This document shows, in pieces, positions 24,843 to 41,107 of a stretch of 64,000 nt of DNA. The notes below the pieces were generated by a model. The model had not been told where the DNA came from. It saw nothing but the letters and a program-made list of their open reading frames with translations, and ran no database searches. Position 1 is the first letter of the stretch. The number at the start of each line of letters is the position of its first letter. The position numbers and the translations under genes were made by a program. The stretch lies in assembly GCF_009914755.1 (NCBI RefSeq), contig NC_060926.1; one strand, given 5' to 3'. Source of the DNA: the human T2T-CHM13v2.0 reference genome, Homo sapiens.

Positions 24843-25335
24843 CTGTGTGAGTTATCTATGGCTGCATAACGAACTCAACAGCTTAAAATAACCCTCATGA
24901 ATGATTTCTTTTGTGTCCGTGGGCCAGGAGTCTGGGTCCTCTGTGCAGTCTCACCAGGCTGAAATCAAGGCGTCGGTCAGGACTGAGTTTTCATCTGAGG
25001 TTCGGGGTCCTCTTCCGAGTTCACTCGTGATGGTAGAATTCGATTCCTTGTGGTTGCAGGACTGAAGTTCCTGCTTTCTTGCTGGTTGTCAGCCAGGGCC
25101 TGTTCTGAGCTCTTACGGGCCACTTGCAATTCTTTGCCACCTGTCCCCTCCACGACCAAGCAGTCTGCTTCTGCCTGGCCAGGAGGAGGCTCCCTCCAGC
25201 TCAGCATCCCTCTGATGTCTTTTGAGTTCACCTGATTAGTTCAGTGTCACCCAGGACAATCTCCCTTTGACTGTCTCAAAGCCCACTGATTAGGGATGTT
25301 AATGACACCTGCAGAATCCTTTCTGACCTACAATG
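24843..25335 (-). mobile_element. MLT1-family (ERVL-MaLR) LTR
   Basis: GGCTGCATAAC...AGCTTAAAA...GGCTGAAATCAAGG...GGTAGAATTCGATTCCTTGTGGTTGCAGGACTGA matches reverse MLT1 motifs. Confidence 0.75.
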
Positions 25336-25338
25336 TAA

Positions 25339-25832
25339 TGAAGGGTTGCAGACCATGCCACCCCAAAATACGTCACTTTGGTAAAGGATCATTTCGAGCT
25401 AAAGGCACCTTAAAACAGCAGACACAGGAAGGGTGCTCTGACCTCTCCATTGATTCCTGAAAACAGGAGATAAAACCTGTGTGAAAGATGCCCTCCCTGT
25501 CCCAGCAGAAAAAGAAATGTTCTTCAGTGGGAGTCAGAGCTGAGAAAATGCTGTACAAATGGATCTTGTTAAAATAATTCTTATCTTCTTTTGGCATCCC
25601 ACATAATTTAGTTACTTTCCTGCAATTGCCTCTCTTTGCTCGAGCAGGTATAGAAACATTGTGGTTTTGCCGGTTCTTTCTGTTCATTTCCTAATGAGGT
25701 TTCCTGTGTTACATAAAATTTAGATTAAATAAATCGGTATGCTTTTCTGCTGTTAATCTGTCTTATGCCAAGTGAATTCTCAGGCCTATCTGGGAACCCT
25801 AAGAGGTAGAAGTAGAGTGTTGCCTCTCCTAT
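25339..25832 (+). mobile_element. MER34-family (ERV1) solo LTR
   Basis: Starts TGAAGGGTTGCAGACCATGCCACCCCAAAATA; AATAAA...TGCTTTTCT...GTTAATCTGTC near the 3' end. Confidence 0.7.
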
Positions 25833-26067
25833 GGTTGCATAATTGCGGGAGGGATATCCCATCATATTTGCAAATCCTGCCATCCGTCACTATGCGCCAG
25901 AATCTTGGTGCCCTCGAAGAATTCTCCTTCCCACACCACGTCTGTCACAGTGGGTCTAAGGGATTTGCAGACCTCCCTGTGCTCACTTCTCCAGCCCTTG
26001 ACTATATGTGGTACTGATTCACTGGTATATGTTAATATTTGTTTTGTGACCTGATGTGTGGTCATAG

Positions 26068-26449
<382 letters not shown>

Positions 26450-27950
26450 TGATATATAAACATTAGTTTAAGCTTAGGATGGATGTATTTAGTAGATTGC
26501 AGAGCCTCTTCACCTCTTGGGCAACAGGTATCATGATAGGAAAGGCCCAGTGTAAGCCCTTGAATTGGCCTCCCTGCTCTCTGGAGCCCTGCCCTGGCCA
26601 AGACAGTAAATTAGTTGCAAGAAAATGGAGTGCAAAGACATTGTGTGAGTAAATCTAAGCAGGCATGAGCTATAGCATACATGATATAAGATAAGGTGAT
26701 GGGTGGTGTCTGGCATACAATAATATAGCTTATAAGGCATGAGGGGACGTTGGAGTTGAAGCTCTCTGCATTCCTAGTGTTGGTAGGAAGTATACATTTG
26801 TATTTTGTTAAGCAAAAAATGTTTGTTCAAATTTTTAAAGAAAACACTAAACCACTTGAAATAAAATATATAACTTCCAAAGCAGCAGAGGGGACAGAAA
26901 AAAAGAAAGGAGAAAAAGAGGTGGGAAGATCAATCAATCCAAATGGGGGAAAACAAAAGAGGCATAGAAAGAGTAGGGTAAAACCAAAAGTGAAACTGGG
27001 AAATATGTCCAAATATATCAGTATTCACAATGAATGTAAATGGACTAAATTTGCCAGTTAAAGACAGACTGCCAGGTTGGGCTTAAAAATAAAAGCCATC
27101 TCCCTATTTTTTTTTTTTTTTACAAGCGATAGCATGAAACATGAAAATTCTGCAAAGCTAATAGTCTGAGCGGGGCAAAAAAAAAATGATGTTCTTAGCC
27201 AACACAAATCACAAGAAGTATCTGTTGTTATAATGTCAGTCAAAATTGACCCAGAGGAAAGAAAACATTTTTGGAGATAAAGGTGGCCACTGCATAAGGG
27301 TAAGAGGGACAATTCACCAGGAAGATAAATCAATTTAAACTTTTTGCATTTAGTGATTTAGCCCCAAAATAATATAAAGAAAAAATTTTAAAAATTCTAA
27401 GGAGAAATTTATAAATCCATAATATTGTAGAATACTACTCATTTGATAACTGATATATACAAGATTTGAATTAATTAACATGGTTATACTAATGTCCCCA
27501 TATCAAAAGAATCCTACACTCCTAAATGAGGAAGCACATTTTTTTTTCAGGCATTCATGGAACATATAAACACTGGCTAAGGCTACACACTAGGCCAGAA
27601 GGCCAATCTCAACACATTTCAAAGAATTGATATCATACAGAATATATTCTCTTACCAAACTGTGATAGGGCTAGAAATCAATGGCAAAAAGATGACATCA
27701 AGAGAATCTATAGGCAAACTATTTGAACTGATAGGGAAGCTCAGGAAGTTTTCCAGACATAAGATCCATACATCAAAATTCATCGTATTTCTATACACAG
27801 AAACACTTAGAATTCTAAAGACACCATTTACAGTGCAAAAACTTCATGCTGCCTAGGGATAGACCTAACAAAACTTGTAAAAGATATTCGTGGAAACAGT
27901 TGTGAAACTTACTGAAATATATTTTAAACGGAACCAAATAACTGATGGTA

Positions 27951-28145
27951 TACACCAAATTTCATCAATTCTGAAACATGCATTTTTTCACATTTTTAAC
28001 ATCTCAGAAATCAAATATGTCTTAAAATTAACTGTGTCATAGTTTCGTGTCGTAGATCAATTGGCAGCACTTTCTGTTTCCTCATAGCACATAAAATAAT
28101 GGTGCATCTTCTACTTGATGGCATCTCGGATTCAATTAAATGAAT
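27951..28145. mobile_element. MER104-like Tc1/mariner MITE
   Basis: ATTTCATCAATTCT...ATTTTTTCACATTTTTAACATCTC...GCATCTCGGATTCAATTAAAT with degenerate terminal inverted repeats. Confidence 0.5.
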
Positions 28146-28979
28146 ACCATATCCATGGATGGAAAAGCTGAAAATTGTAAAAAATGATGATTCTCTTCAA
28201 TGCATTTTAAAACCTCAATGCAATTTTTGGCAAATCACTTCTGAAAATCATTAAATAGCAAAGAGCTGAGAATAGGCAAGGCAATTTTGATAAATAACAC
28301 AGTGGTGGAGGGGAGGTGTTTTACCCAAATGTCAAGATCTATTCTAAGCTTTAGGAATTGTGCCACATGGCCTTGGCACAGGAATAGACAAATACAGCGG
28401 CATAACAGAACAGGGTCCAGGCAGCAGCACATGTATGTATGGAAACTTGATCTATGACAGAGATTGCATTACGGAGCAGAGGAGAAAGACGACTAAATCA
28501 TTGATACTTGGACAATGGGTTCTCCATATTAAACAAAAGAAAAATAAAATTACATTTCACATCAAACACATAAACTTGGCAGAAAAATAGTCTATATACG
28601 AAAAAGTAAAACTTCAGAGTCTTAGAAGGAAATGGGGTAGGAATAGTTTTATGTCCCATGAAAAGATTTCTTTCATAGCACACAGAAGCCAGAAGCCATG
28701 AAGGAAAATATTAATAAATTTGACATCACTGTTCAATATCATTAGCCATTGGGGAAATGCAAATTCAAACCACAATGCGCTGCCACTTCACATCTATCTG
28801 CTGGGCTGAAAGAAAACACAGTGGAGACTATGAGGCTGATGGGGATGCAGAACAACTGCAACTCTCACGTCTGGCTGATGGGAATGCAAAGTGGTGCAGC
28901 CAATGCAAAAAAAAGGCGTCTTGTTGCGTTGCAGTTTTTTCCCATTGGTAAACATCCACCTACCATATATATGATCCAG

Positions 28980-29645
28980 TGATATGGTTTGGCTGTGTCC
29001 CCACCCAAATCTCATCTTGAATTATACCGCCCACAATTTCCATGTGTTGTGGGAGGGACCCATGGGAGGTAATTGAATCATGGGGGTGGATCTTTCCCAT
29101 GCTGTTTTTGTGATAGTGAGTAAGTGTCATGAGATCTGATGGTTTTGTTTTTTTGTTTTTTGGTGTTTTTTTCCGTATATGTGTGTGTGACAGAGTTTTG
29201 CTCTTGTTGCCCAGGCTGGAGTGCAATGGCACGATCTTGGCTCACCACAACTTCTGCCTCCTGGGTTCAAGCGATTCTCTCAGCCTCCTGAGTAGCTAGG
29301 ATTACAGGCATGCGCCACCATGCCCAGGTAATTTTGCATTTTTAGTAGAGATGGGGTTTCTCCATGTTGGTCAGGCTGGTCTCAAACTCCCAACCTCAGG
29401 TGATCTGCCCACCTCGGCCTCCCAAAGTTTTGGGATTACAGGCATGAGCCACCACACCCGGCCGACCTGATGGTTTTATAAAGGGGAGTTTCCCTGCACA
29501 AGCGCCCTTCTTTTGTCTGCTGCCATGTAACACATGCCTTTCACCTTCCGAGATGATTGTGAGGCCTCCCCAGCCACATGCAACTGTGAGTCCATTAAAC
29601 CTCTTTTTCCTTATAAATTACCCAGTCTTGGATAGGACTAATACA
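28980..29645 (+). mobile_element. THE1 (MaLR) solo LTR interrupted by an Alu
   Basis: TGATATGGTTTGGCTGTGTCCCCACCCAAATCTC...GGACTAATACA; 5-bp TSD TCCAG/CCCAG. Confidence 0.9.
29147..29463 (-). mobile_element. AluSp/Sq inside the THE1 LTR
   Basis: TTTTGCTCTTGTTGCCC and TTGGTCAGGCTGG; TSD GA(T/C)CTGATGGTTTT (29133-29146 and 29464-29477). Confidence 0.9.
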
Positions 29646-30173
29646 CCCAGCAATCCTGTTCCTCAGTATTTACCCTAGAGAAATGAAAACATGTGCTCCA
29701 CAAAAATCTATATGAAAATGTCTATCATAGTTTTATTCATAATAGCCACAAACTGGAAACAACCCTAAGGTCTTTCAGTGACTGAGTGGATAAACGGAGT
29801 GGTCCATCCATGCAACGGAACACTACACAACAAAGAGGAATAAACGATTTTGGATACATATGATAACAAGCACGGACACATGTGGTCATTAACTCTTCTA
29901 CTTCTCTCTAAGCTTGGAATATTTAACATTGGTATCCAAAATAAAATACACACATACATACATAATAAATGTGGAGGACAGTTCCAAGATCAGAATCTTT
30001 CTCTTTCAAGATTGTGTTAGTATTCAAACAGCCAGTGGTTTACCCAGTGCCCACCTTCCACAGTGGTCAAGCAACTCTGACGCCTCCTCTCTTTTCCACT
30101 GATGAACTTTCTCACCTCACACAGTTCGTGACCCTCAACAAATTATGTCGAAAGGACAACTTCACTTCTGTGA

Positions 30174-30524
<351 letters not shown>

Positions 30525-32152
30525 TAGAAGCATTGCCAGTTGCACAATTGAAACTCATAAAATTTCCTTGGGTATCAGTCTTAAGAATTAAATTCTGTGG
30601 AGACTATTGAAGTCAATTATTTTTGCATGAAAATCAAATTACATTTTTCACTAACAAGTAGTTTCTAGGACACAAAAGAAATTCCAAACTGTCATAATGA
30701 AAATTGGAATAAATGTGTATAAGGGTGGGCAAATAGTTAACGTTACTTTTCAAGTGCACACGATGCTCTAAATTCATTTTGTTGAGGAAGAAGGCACTTA
30801 ATATGAGAAATCATGTTTCATCAGGATTTCACTTTTAAGTGGAAATATTATTTGTTATTCCTTGACTTTTTTTTAGCGTTAGATGATTAAAAGCCCCGCA
30901 TGATCATAATTTAAACATCTGAGCAGTGACTGTGTGTGCGGGCACTGAGGCAAGCCCACGGCAACCCTTGCAAGCCCCCTGAGAGGCAGGTGCTCCTGGT
31001 ATCACATCGTACAAGCACAAGAAGACTTGGGGAAATAAGAAAGAACTTGTATCTATCTTCAATTCACTGCGGAAGCCCTTGCACTTAGCATGCTGCCCAG
31101 CAAGTAGTGGGCATTTAGTGAGTAGCTGCTGGGTGAATTATTCCAGGAACATCTATGTAGAGCAGAGCTAGAGAGTCTGGACCCAGGTCTAGCTGAGCCA
31201 AAAGTGTGTGCTTTTAATTAGTACCATAAATTTTGTTATTCCTTTCTTTAGTCCCAACCCCCATTGGACATTTCCCTTCTAAAATGGTTTAGTAGGATAG
31301 GACTAATTAAATAATTACTAGATAGGACTAATTTAATAACTCCTTTAATAAAATGAAAACCACTCTCTGCTCTGTAACACCAAAGGTAAGAACCATTGAG
31401 AAACAGTTTCCATACCTTGTTGTGCAAGACTTTGAATCTGTCCTTGGGAGAGTCACGTTGAGTGTTTAGCACTGGAGGTGTTTCATTATACAAGACATCC
31501 TCTACCCCAAAACCCCAGGGCTTAGTTCCCAAAACCAGTGCTGAACTCTCCTAACTACACAGGGTACTTCAAAGCAACCCATGCAATTACTATATAAACA
31601 CAATAATAGGGCATCTGTTTTTTAATTTTAATTTTATTTTTTCCCACTAAAATATTCAAGCGAGAAACATTTGGAGATTTATATTCAGGGCACAAGACCA
31701 AATGGCATCTGAAGCATTTCTTTGTTAAATATAATTAATTTTTCTTGGCTTTTTTCCCCCATCATGACAAAGCTGGATCTGTACCATTCATCCTGTTTAT
31801 AGGTGACTCTTTTCCTTCCCCAAAGATTCTCTGCAATAACCACAGAGATGCTGGAGGGGAGATGGTAATTCTGTTTCCTTTCTTGTCCTCCTATGGCCAA
31901 ATAGGAACCAGGCACTTTGAGTTACTTTAATTTTTTAAAACAAGCAAACAAACAACGCTCAACTGGGCTTTCATTGTGTGTAAAGAAAGTGGCCGAGCTC
32001 ATTCTATTTCACTTAGAATGGGCACGGAGAAGCATACCAGCTGCTGAGGAAAGGGTGGGTGGCCGATATGGGTGTATAGGGGAGACAAAGAAAATATTGC
32101 GTCTTTCTTTTCCCTGTTTTTTTTTCTAGAAAAAGAAAGACTTCTTTGTTAT

Positions 32153-32183
32153 ACACACACACACACACACACACACGCACGCA
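32153..32183. repeat. (CA)n microsatellite
   Basis: ACACACAC... run seen directly. Confidence 0.9.
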
Positions 32184-33496
32184 CCCCTCAATTAGAATCT
32201 GAAGAACTGAAGAAAGCGAGACTACATAGCAAATGTTATTTTTCCAATAAGAGATATATGTGATCTGGCCCCTGGGTGTTGGTTTTAAGTGGAGATATTG
32301 ACTTCTGGCTGACTGATGAGTGGAACATCTTTCTCCTGAAATATTGATAGTAGATTACACAAAACCACAAACTATCTCCATAAAGCATATCATTTCGAAT
32401 CCTAATGGTGTTTTCTTTCCTCGGGATGACTGCTACATTCATGATATGATGGCTTTATTCTATCTTGGGGAAAAACTTTTTACCATACTGCTAAATTAAC
32501 TTGTCAAAAGGCTTCAAACTTCGGAAGCTTTTACAGCTCAATTCAGTGCTATTATTCAAGATTGAATGGGAAGGTCATGGACTGTAAAAGCTTGCAAGAA
32601 ATAAATTTCACAGGCTTTCCTAGACGGAGTGAAATACTTACCTTTTGTTCAGGTTGTATATCTTTATTGAAGACTCTGAGAATAGCTGCATTTTGCCTAT
32701 AAATCCTCTCTGTTACCCTGAAAGACTGTGTTTTTGTCCGTTGCTCTTGAAGGTCCTACCCAGTGTGTGCCATGTTGATAATAACTCGTTCCTACAGAGC
32801 ACAGTCGGGATGGGAGCGCTCTCCAAAACGCGGGGGCAGAGGAGAAGACAAAGGCTCCTGCTCCCAGAAGGAACCTTGGTGTTTTTGAATTCTTTTCTTC
32901 TCGAAACAGATTCACAAAGGATTTGATAGCTAATTACTGCTTATAAATGCAAGCCAACTGTCATGGCGCTTTACGAGGTTCTATCTGTAGATCTGAGAGG
33001 AAGGAAAACAAAGATGTGGCTGGATTAATGTCAGCGCTCGAACTGCGAATGGGCCATTTGGAAAGTCAGGGAGGTGCAAATGTCCAACATGAAGTCAAGT
33101 CTCAGCACCAGCCTCCTGAGAATGCCGGGATGACGGGGGGTTGGGTCAATGACACATACGTGACTTGATTCGCTGGGAGGAAACACTGCGTTGGTGAGAG
33201 GGGAACTGGTGGCCCTGTGCAGATGCAGCCCAAGGCTCTCACCGGGCAAAGCCCCCACCTGTGCACCTGGCACTGGAAGAATCCAGCACCGGTCTGGGAA
33301 GACATTTGATAGGATTTGCCTCTCCCTTCTGTAGGTAATTTCTGTTTTCACAGAATTATTTCTTAAATAAATGCCCTTGGTAGATGCTGGTGTTTCTTAG
33401 CCTTCTGAGGAGGTTAGTCATGCTGGCTAGGCTGCCCTGTGGTCTTGTGGATGAAGGTTTTGAAGATCTCTCCTCAATCAATAAGAACTTATTTCA

Positions 33497-34343
<847 letters not shown>

Positions 34344-35790
34344 TCAGCATTTTCCAAACTCAAGATGCTCAAGATAATTAAAAAACACTTAGATTTTGTG
34401 TGCCCATGCCCCACAGAGTTGACAAGATTGTTGGGAAGGCACAGTATGTAAATATACCACCCATCTCTATGCTCCTCATGTATACAGGCAGGTTTAAAGG
34501 CCTTGTGTCTCACAAAGCCTTCTGTATTCCCCAACCCTAAGAAATCTTTTTTCTCGAACTTCTTTGGGAACATAACCTTCTTCTCTCGCAACACCCCACA
34601 GCTCCCATCTCATGGAAGGGGTAGTTGCATGCATATGTTATTTCCCCCTCAGATTGAAAACATCTGTGGTTTGGATGATGTCTTAGTCTCTCTCCCCAAC
34701 ACCCATCCCAGTAGTTCACACACTTAATAAACCTCTCGGGGTGGGGCCCAGGAATGAATATTTTTAAAAGCCCCTTGAGGTGCCTAATGGACAGTGAAGA
34801 TTGCAAACAGCTGTGCCGGGTGACCAGGAAATAAGGAACTCCCTCTGGGTTTCTATGACTTGCCAGGGGAGGCTCACCAAGGGATGAAGGTTGGAGCTAG
34901 GTTATAGGGGGCAGGTGTGGCTGAAACACGGGCCCAGGCAGCGGTGCATTCAAGGTCTGGGAGGACGTGGGAAGTACAGGGCTGGCACAGAGGCTGGTGT
35001 CTGGGCGCATGACCTAGGCTGCCTCCGTTGCAAACAGAACTGGAATCTTGCTCCAGGGAGGGTGTCGGGCTACCCAGCAGCCAAGGTGACCTGGAAGCCC
35101 AGTGGTCTTGAGCAATTCAGATCTTCAGGATTCCAGCCTGGGCAGCACTTCTGATTCTCTGTGCCCCTCATGGCCACTCCACAGGGCTCCTGCTCCCACT
35201 TAGATGGAGTTTTGGGGCTGGGGCTTCAGATCTGGTCTCCTGCTTTATCTCTTAATGCCAACCTAACTTGGATGGACCAGTTAAGAGGGAGGATAGGGAG
35301 AAGATTGCTGAATTTTTCAAGGAGGACGGTTACCCTGAAATGGATAAGCTGGAAAATCTTCTCACGGATGCTCTATTACTGCTTCATTAAGAGTCTCATC
35401 TTTTGCTCTGAGCGGCTTAAGTGAAGCAGGAGGAGCAGGAAGGGGACTTACACTCACAGGAGCATCTGCTCTTTGCCGGGCTCCATGCTTGGCATTTCAC
35501 TCATGGCTCATATTGATTCTTTGCCACAACCCTAAGTATCTCCCTGATTCCTGTTTTCCAAGAGGAAAGTTGACCACTCAGAGACTCTGGGCAGCTCCCC
35601 AAACTCACATGACCAGGAAGTGGCAGGTCAGGGGGATCTTCGATCTGTCCACATAGGGCTTTCCCCATGCACAAAGCCACCTTCTGTGGTTGCCAGGGAT
35701 GGAAAACGTGGCCCTGGGGGTGTAACGCTGAATCTGACCAGGTAGACTCTGCACCCAGCCCAAAGAGCAGAGGAAAATGCAGACTCTTAA

Positions 35791-36164
<374 letters not shown>

Positions 36165-36587
36165 TCAATATTGAAGTTTTTTTTTTTTTTTTTTTTTTCC
36201 AGTAGAGGTTTTCTGGCGAACTACTCAAAATATAATTGGGAAGTTAGAAATGTGATTTTTGCCAAGCTATCTTTACTGCACACACAAATAGATGAACTCG
36301 ATGGACAACTTGAGTTTTATCCACGGTGACTGCATCTGTTGCATTGGCCTTCATGCTGTCAGTCTCAGGCAACAAGAACATGAGCAATGCAGGAACCAAG
36401 CAAAGCAGAAAAAAGTCATCCATGAAAAATGCTCTTAGGATTTTGAGAAGCGTGTCACTCTTGAAAATAACAAACACAGAATGTAAGTCAAGAAAAAGGA
36501 GAGAGGAAAATATTCTGAAACAGGTAGAGAGGGTCAGTATGAGTGTGTCTAGAGATGTACACACCAATGACAACTGTTATACAAATG

Positions 36588-36923
36588 TGCAATGGATCGA
36601 GTCTTTGCGTCCCTCCAGAATGTGTATGTTGAAATCCTAACCCCCAAGATAATGGTCTTAGGAGGTGGGGTCTTTGGGGATCAGGCCACGGGATGGAGCT
36701 GTCACAAATGGGATTAGCACCCTTATGAAAGGGACCCCAGTGAGCTCTCTTGCCCCACAAGGGTGCCGTCTGTGAACTGGGAAGCAGCCCTCACCAGGCA
36801 CTGCATCTGCCAGCAACTGAATCTAGGACTTTCCAGCCCCCAGAACTATGACACATAAATGTGTGTTGCTTAAGCTCCCCAGTCTGTGGTGCCTTGCCAT
36901 GGCAGCCTGTGCAGACTGAGACA
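36588..36923 (+). mobile_element. MLT1A-type MaLR LTR
   Basis: TATGTTGAAATCCTAACCCCCAA...ATGGGATTAG...CCCAGTCTGTGGT...GACTGAGACA. Confidence 0.8.
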
Positions 36924-39799
36924 GGCTGGATGTATGCTGTGGAAAAAATGGAAGCTGGGTTCCCAGTTTAATTGGTACCTGGTACCTGGTACCCCTGCTA
37001 AACCTAGGCCCCTGTGCTGGTGAGATGAGCTCTCCACATGAGGGTGGGGCGGCCCTGCCAGTCTTGGCCTGCTTGGGTCCTCAGCATCCCTGAGGGCTCG
37101 GCCCCACTGCCAGCTCCCCTGGAGACCCTCCCTGGCCCTTGCTTTTCTCTGTGACAGCCCCTGCTGGTTTCCACCTGAGGACTCACCAAAGCACCTTGGC
37201 TGCAGCCACCTGTGCTTCCACTATGGTCTGGCCCCAGCTGCGAGGGAGCTCCAGAGAGGAAGCATCTTCCCTGAACCTCCAGGGGTGGCCTCATGAGGGC
37301 ATGGAATCAGAACTAGAGCAGCTCAGAGGCTCAGCACCCCTCCGAGGTGGGCCAGAGGGCTCCGTACCTGGGGTTCATCTAGGGCCCAGGTGAGGGTGGT
37401 TTTATCGTTCCATCAGTCTCACCCCCCACCCCCCAACCTCAGCCTTCCTGCCTGGACACCAAGGGCTCCCCCGTGCAGACTGTGTGTTCAGGGAGCCCAC
37501 TGCGTGCGCTGTGAGAAGGAGCCACAGCTGCCAAGTGCCCCGTGCACTGGACCAGGTCCAGGGAGAGGGCTGCGGAGGAACCCCAGGGCAGCAAGGGCTG
37601 GGGACCCAACAAAGGGCATGGGGTGAGCCAGATCACAAATGACTTTTTCTAGGTGTTTAAATAAAAAAAAATGAATGGCACCAAGAAACATTATCTGTGA
37701 GACTTAGGTTCAGAGAGAGAAAATATTTATATGAAACAGGTAATTTTAGGGAATGGACAGAGAAAAATCGCTTTGAGAACACAGATTTATATGTTAATTA
37801 ACATGAGAATTTTATAGAATATCCACTGCATTTATATTTATATGTGTGTGTGTGTGTGTGTACACCCATACACCCCTCACTCTCCCCCATCGCATGAGGG
37901 TTCACGCGAGACTGAAGCTTCCTTTACCAAAAAATATCCCAAAACAAAAGAGCTCAGAAGAATTTGGAGGGCACTGAGAGGAAGAAGTAAGAAAAAGAAG
38001 TAAGCGATTGTACTTTTTATGGGGTGGGGGAGGAGGGAGACAGACAGAGAAAGAAAGAAAGAAAGGAGAGGAGGAGGGAGAGAGAAGCAACCATCATCGC
38101 CCACGGCCCTCCAGTGGCGTGCCCAGGACAGCCTGTTTCGGCATCAGAGAAAGATTGACTGGCAGCCAAAATGTTGAAAAGATTGTAGCCCACTCTCGTT
38201 CCTCTTGGTCTCTTGTGTTTGGCTGCTTTTCCTGTAAGTAGCCAGCCACTGTGCTAGCATCATGTCCCCAAAACATGGCATCCAAAGGAAGAAACACAGT
38301 GTTCTCTGGACATTTACTCGGGGACATCCAGAGTAATCACTGGAGGTTTGAAGGGAGGCGTGCAGAATAGCAATTGTGTGAGTCTTTCTGCCAAGTGTTG
38401 GGAAGCCCCTGCTGGCCCGAGTAGGAGTAATCCTTTTCTGAGACACGGAAGCCTGGGGTCAGGGTGCGGAAGCTCTAGTCCTCATAGATGACCGCTGCTG
38501 GGCACAGCTGATGCCACGGGGCCACCCACAACAAGCCAACGCTCTCCCGGCCTGCCCTTCAGCTGCCCCTGCACTGGGCATTGGGGGAGGTGGGGTCCCT
38601 GCTTCCTGGGCGCTGACTCAGAGCTTTGGATCATGGCCTGTCCTGGACCCCAGGCAGTACTGATGTCTTTTCACTTTGGAGTCCAAGGGAGTTGGTGAGT
38701 AAAGAATTACAGGCTCAAATTTTATGGCACCAGCAACACCTTTTAGAAATAAGTTTCACAGCCGTGAGTGAAGTACGAGGCTCAAACCTTTGCGAATTCC
38801 ACTCCCATTCACGTTAGTCAAGCCCACCTCCTCTGGGGCCAGCAACATTCTCGTTCCACCTCCCGTCATCCCAGCCATCCTTTAGCCCAACTCTTTTGTC
38901 CACTGGCCTTGGCCACATCCTTCTATCCTTTGCCTCGACCCAGCTGGGCCTAGCTCAGAGGTCAGCTGTGGGCTCTGTCCTTCATGGAGCTGGCCAAACC
39001 TGATGGAAACCCTAAGCCGATGGCTTTAACCCCAGAGCCATGCAGACGGTTGCCGACAGTGTTATCACTGGCCTTCCTCCGCCTCTGCCAGGTCGGGAGA
39101 GAATCACTGCACCGCCTATTCCTTCCAGTTTCTGCTCAGGCATTTTGTTTGCTGAGTGTCTCTAGGGAAAGCACACAGAGTGGGTGGCAGAGGCCCTGGC
39201 TGTCCAGGAGGGGCTGTCCCACCCACCTGCTGACCTCTTCATCCCTGGGAGTGCAGAACACAGGGACCTGGGCTCAGGATGGGCACCTCTAGCCAAAAGG
39301 CCTCTGAAAAGCCCAGTAGCCTCCTGAGCATCAAGTTCCCTTTGTTGAGGTGGGAAGCCCAGCGCTGCAGGGCTGTCCTGAAGATTAAATGAGTTAGTGC
39401 AGGAAGAGGGCTTGGAGCTCCCTCCACAACAAACCAGCCTTCCATCCTTCTGTCACCCTCCCTCTGGTTCCAGGAGCTCCAAACTCTCACATCCTGGTCT
39501 CACTTTCCATCCTAAGCCCTCTTCCTACAAATCAATTCCCTTCTTGAGATGCATTTGGCTAGTATGATTTTTCTACCTTTCTGTAAAGTTAAGTAAGTTT
39601 TCATACCATTGATAACATGTCAGAGTCCTTCTCCTTGGAGGGGAAGGACTCCCTTTTGAACGCCTTTGCAGAGTTATTTTAATAGAACAAAAACATTCGG
39701 GTGGCTAAGGAGAAAACAGAGGTAGAGGCTGTTGTCCCCTTGCCCCCTCCAACACCCGCCCCCACCCCCACCCCGTCATCCCACCAATACCCACTTCTC

Positions 39800-40700
<901 letters not shown>

Positions 40701-41068
40701 CATGTATAACTTGAAGTTAAAAAAATACTTACAGCTAACAATCATGAGGGCATTACTTAGCTCTCTGCAACCTAGGGTAGTCCTGCAGAGCTCAACTGCA
40801 TTTTCGTCTAGTATAACAAACCCTGAGTCTAAACGCTGGTCAACGAATGCCAGTATCTCCAGTGGAGACAGATGCAGATCGCAGCCTGAGGACCAAGGAT
40901 CATCATTTCCAAGAGATGCAGATCTGTGCTCTGAAGAATATGCTTTTATGAAACTGATGTTAACACTTAGGTGCGTCTGTTATTAACAATTCTCTAACAC
41001 CATCAGAGATAGCCGTGTCTGGTAGGAAACCCAACAGCCTGGGAGCTAAATTTGCTCTTAGTTATTTA

Positions 41069-41107
41069 ATAGCAAAAACCACGATTATTTTTGCATCAAC
41101 CTAATAC
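41069..41107. mobile_element. MADE1 (Hsmar1-derived MITE), half element
   Basis: AATAGCAAAAACCACGATTATTTTTGCATCAACCTAATA resembles the mariner terminal inverted repeat ending at TA. Confidence 0.65.

Larger units (their letters stand above)
26600..29880 (+). mobile_element. Old fragmented L1M (ORF2 to 3' end), interrupted by younger inserts
   Basis: A-rich ORF2-like motifs (AATGTAAATGGACTAAA; GGGAAATGCAAATTCAAACCACAATG); L1 resumes ...ATGATCCAG|CAATCC... across the THE1 insertion. Confidence 0.75.

Noticed and set aside
33315-33340. Recursive-splice-like YnTAG|GTAATT motif
   Set aside because: Lies on the plus strand with no evident long host transcript.
36974-36993. GGTACCT x3 (three KpnI sites, linker-like)
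   Set aside because: Most simply a 7-bp slippage microduplication; no vector sequence nearby.
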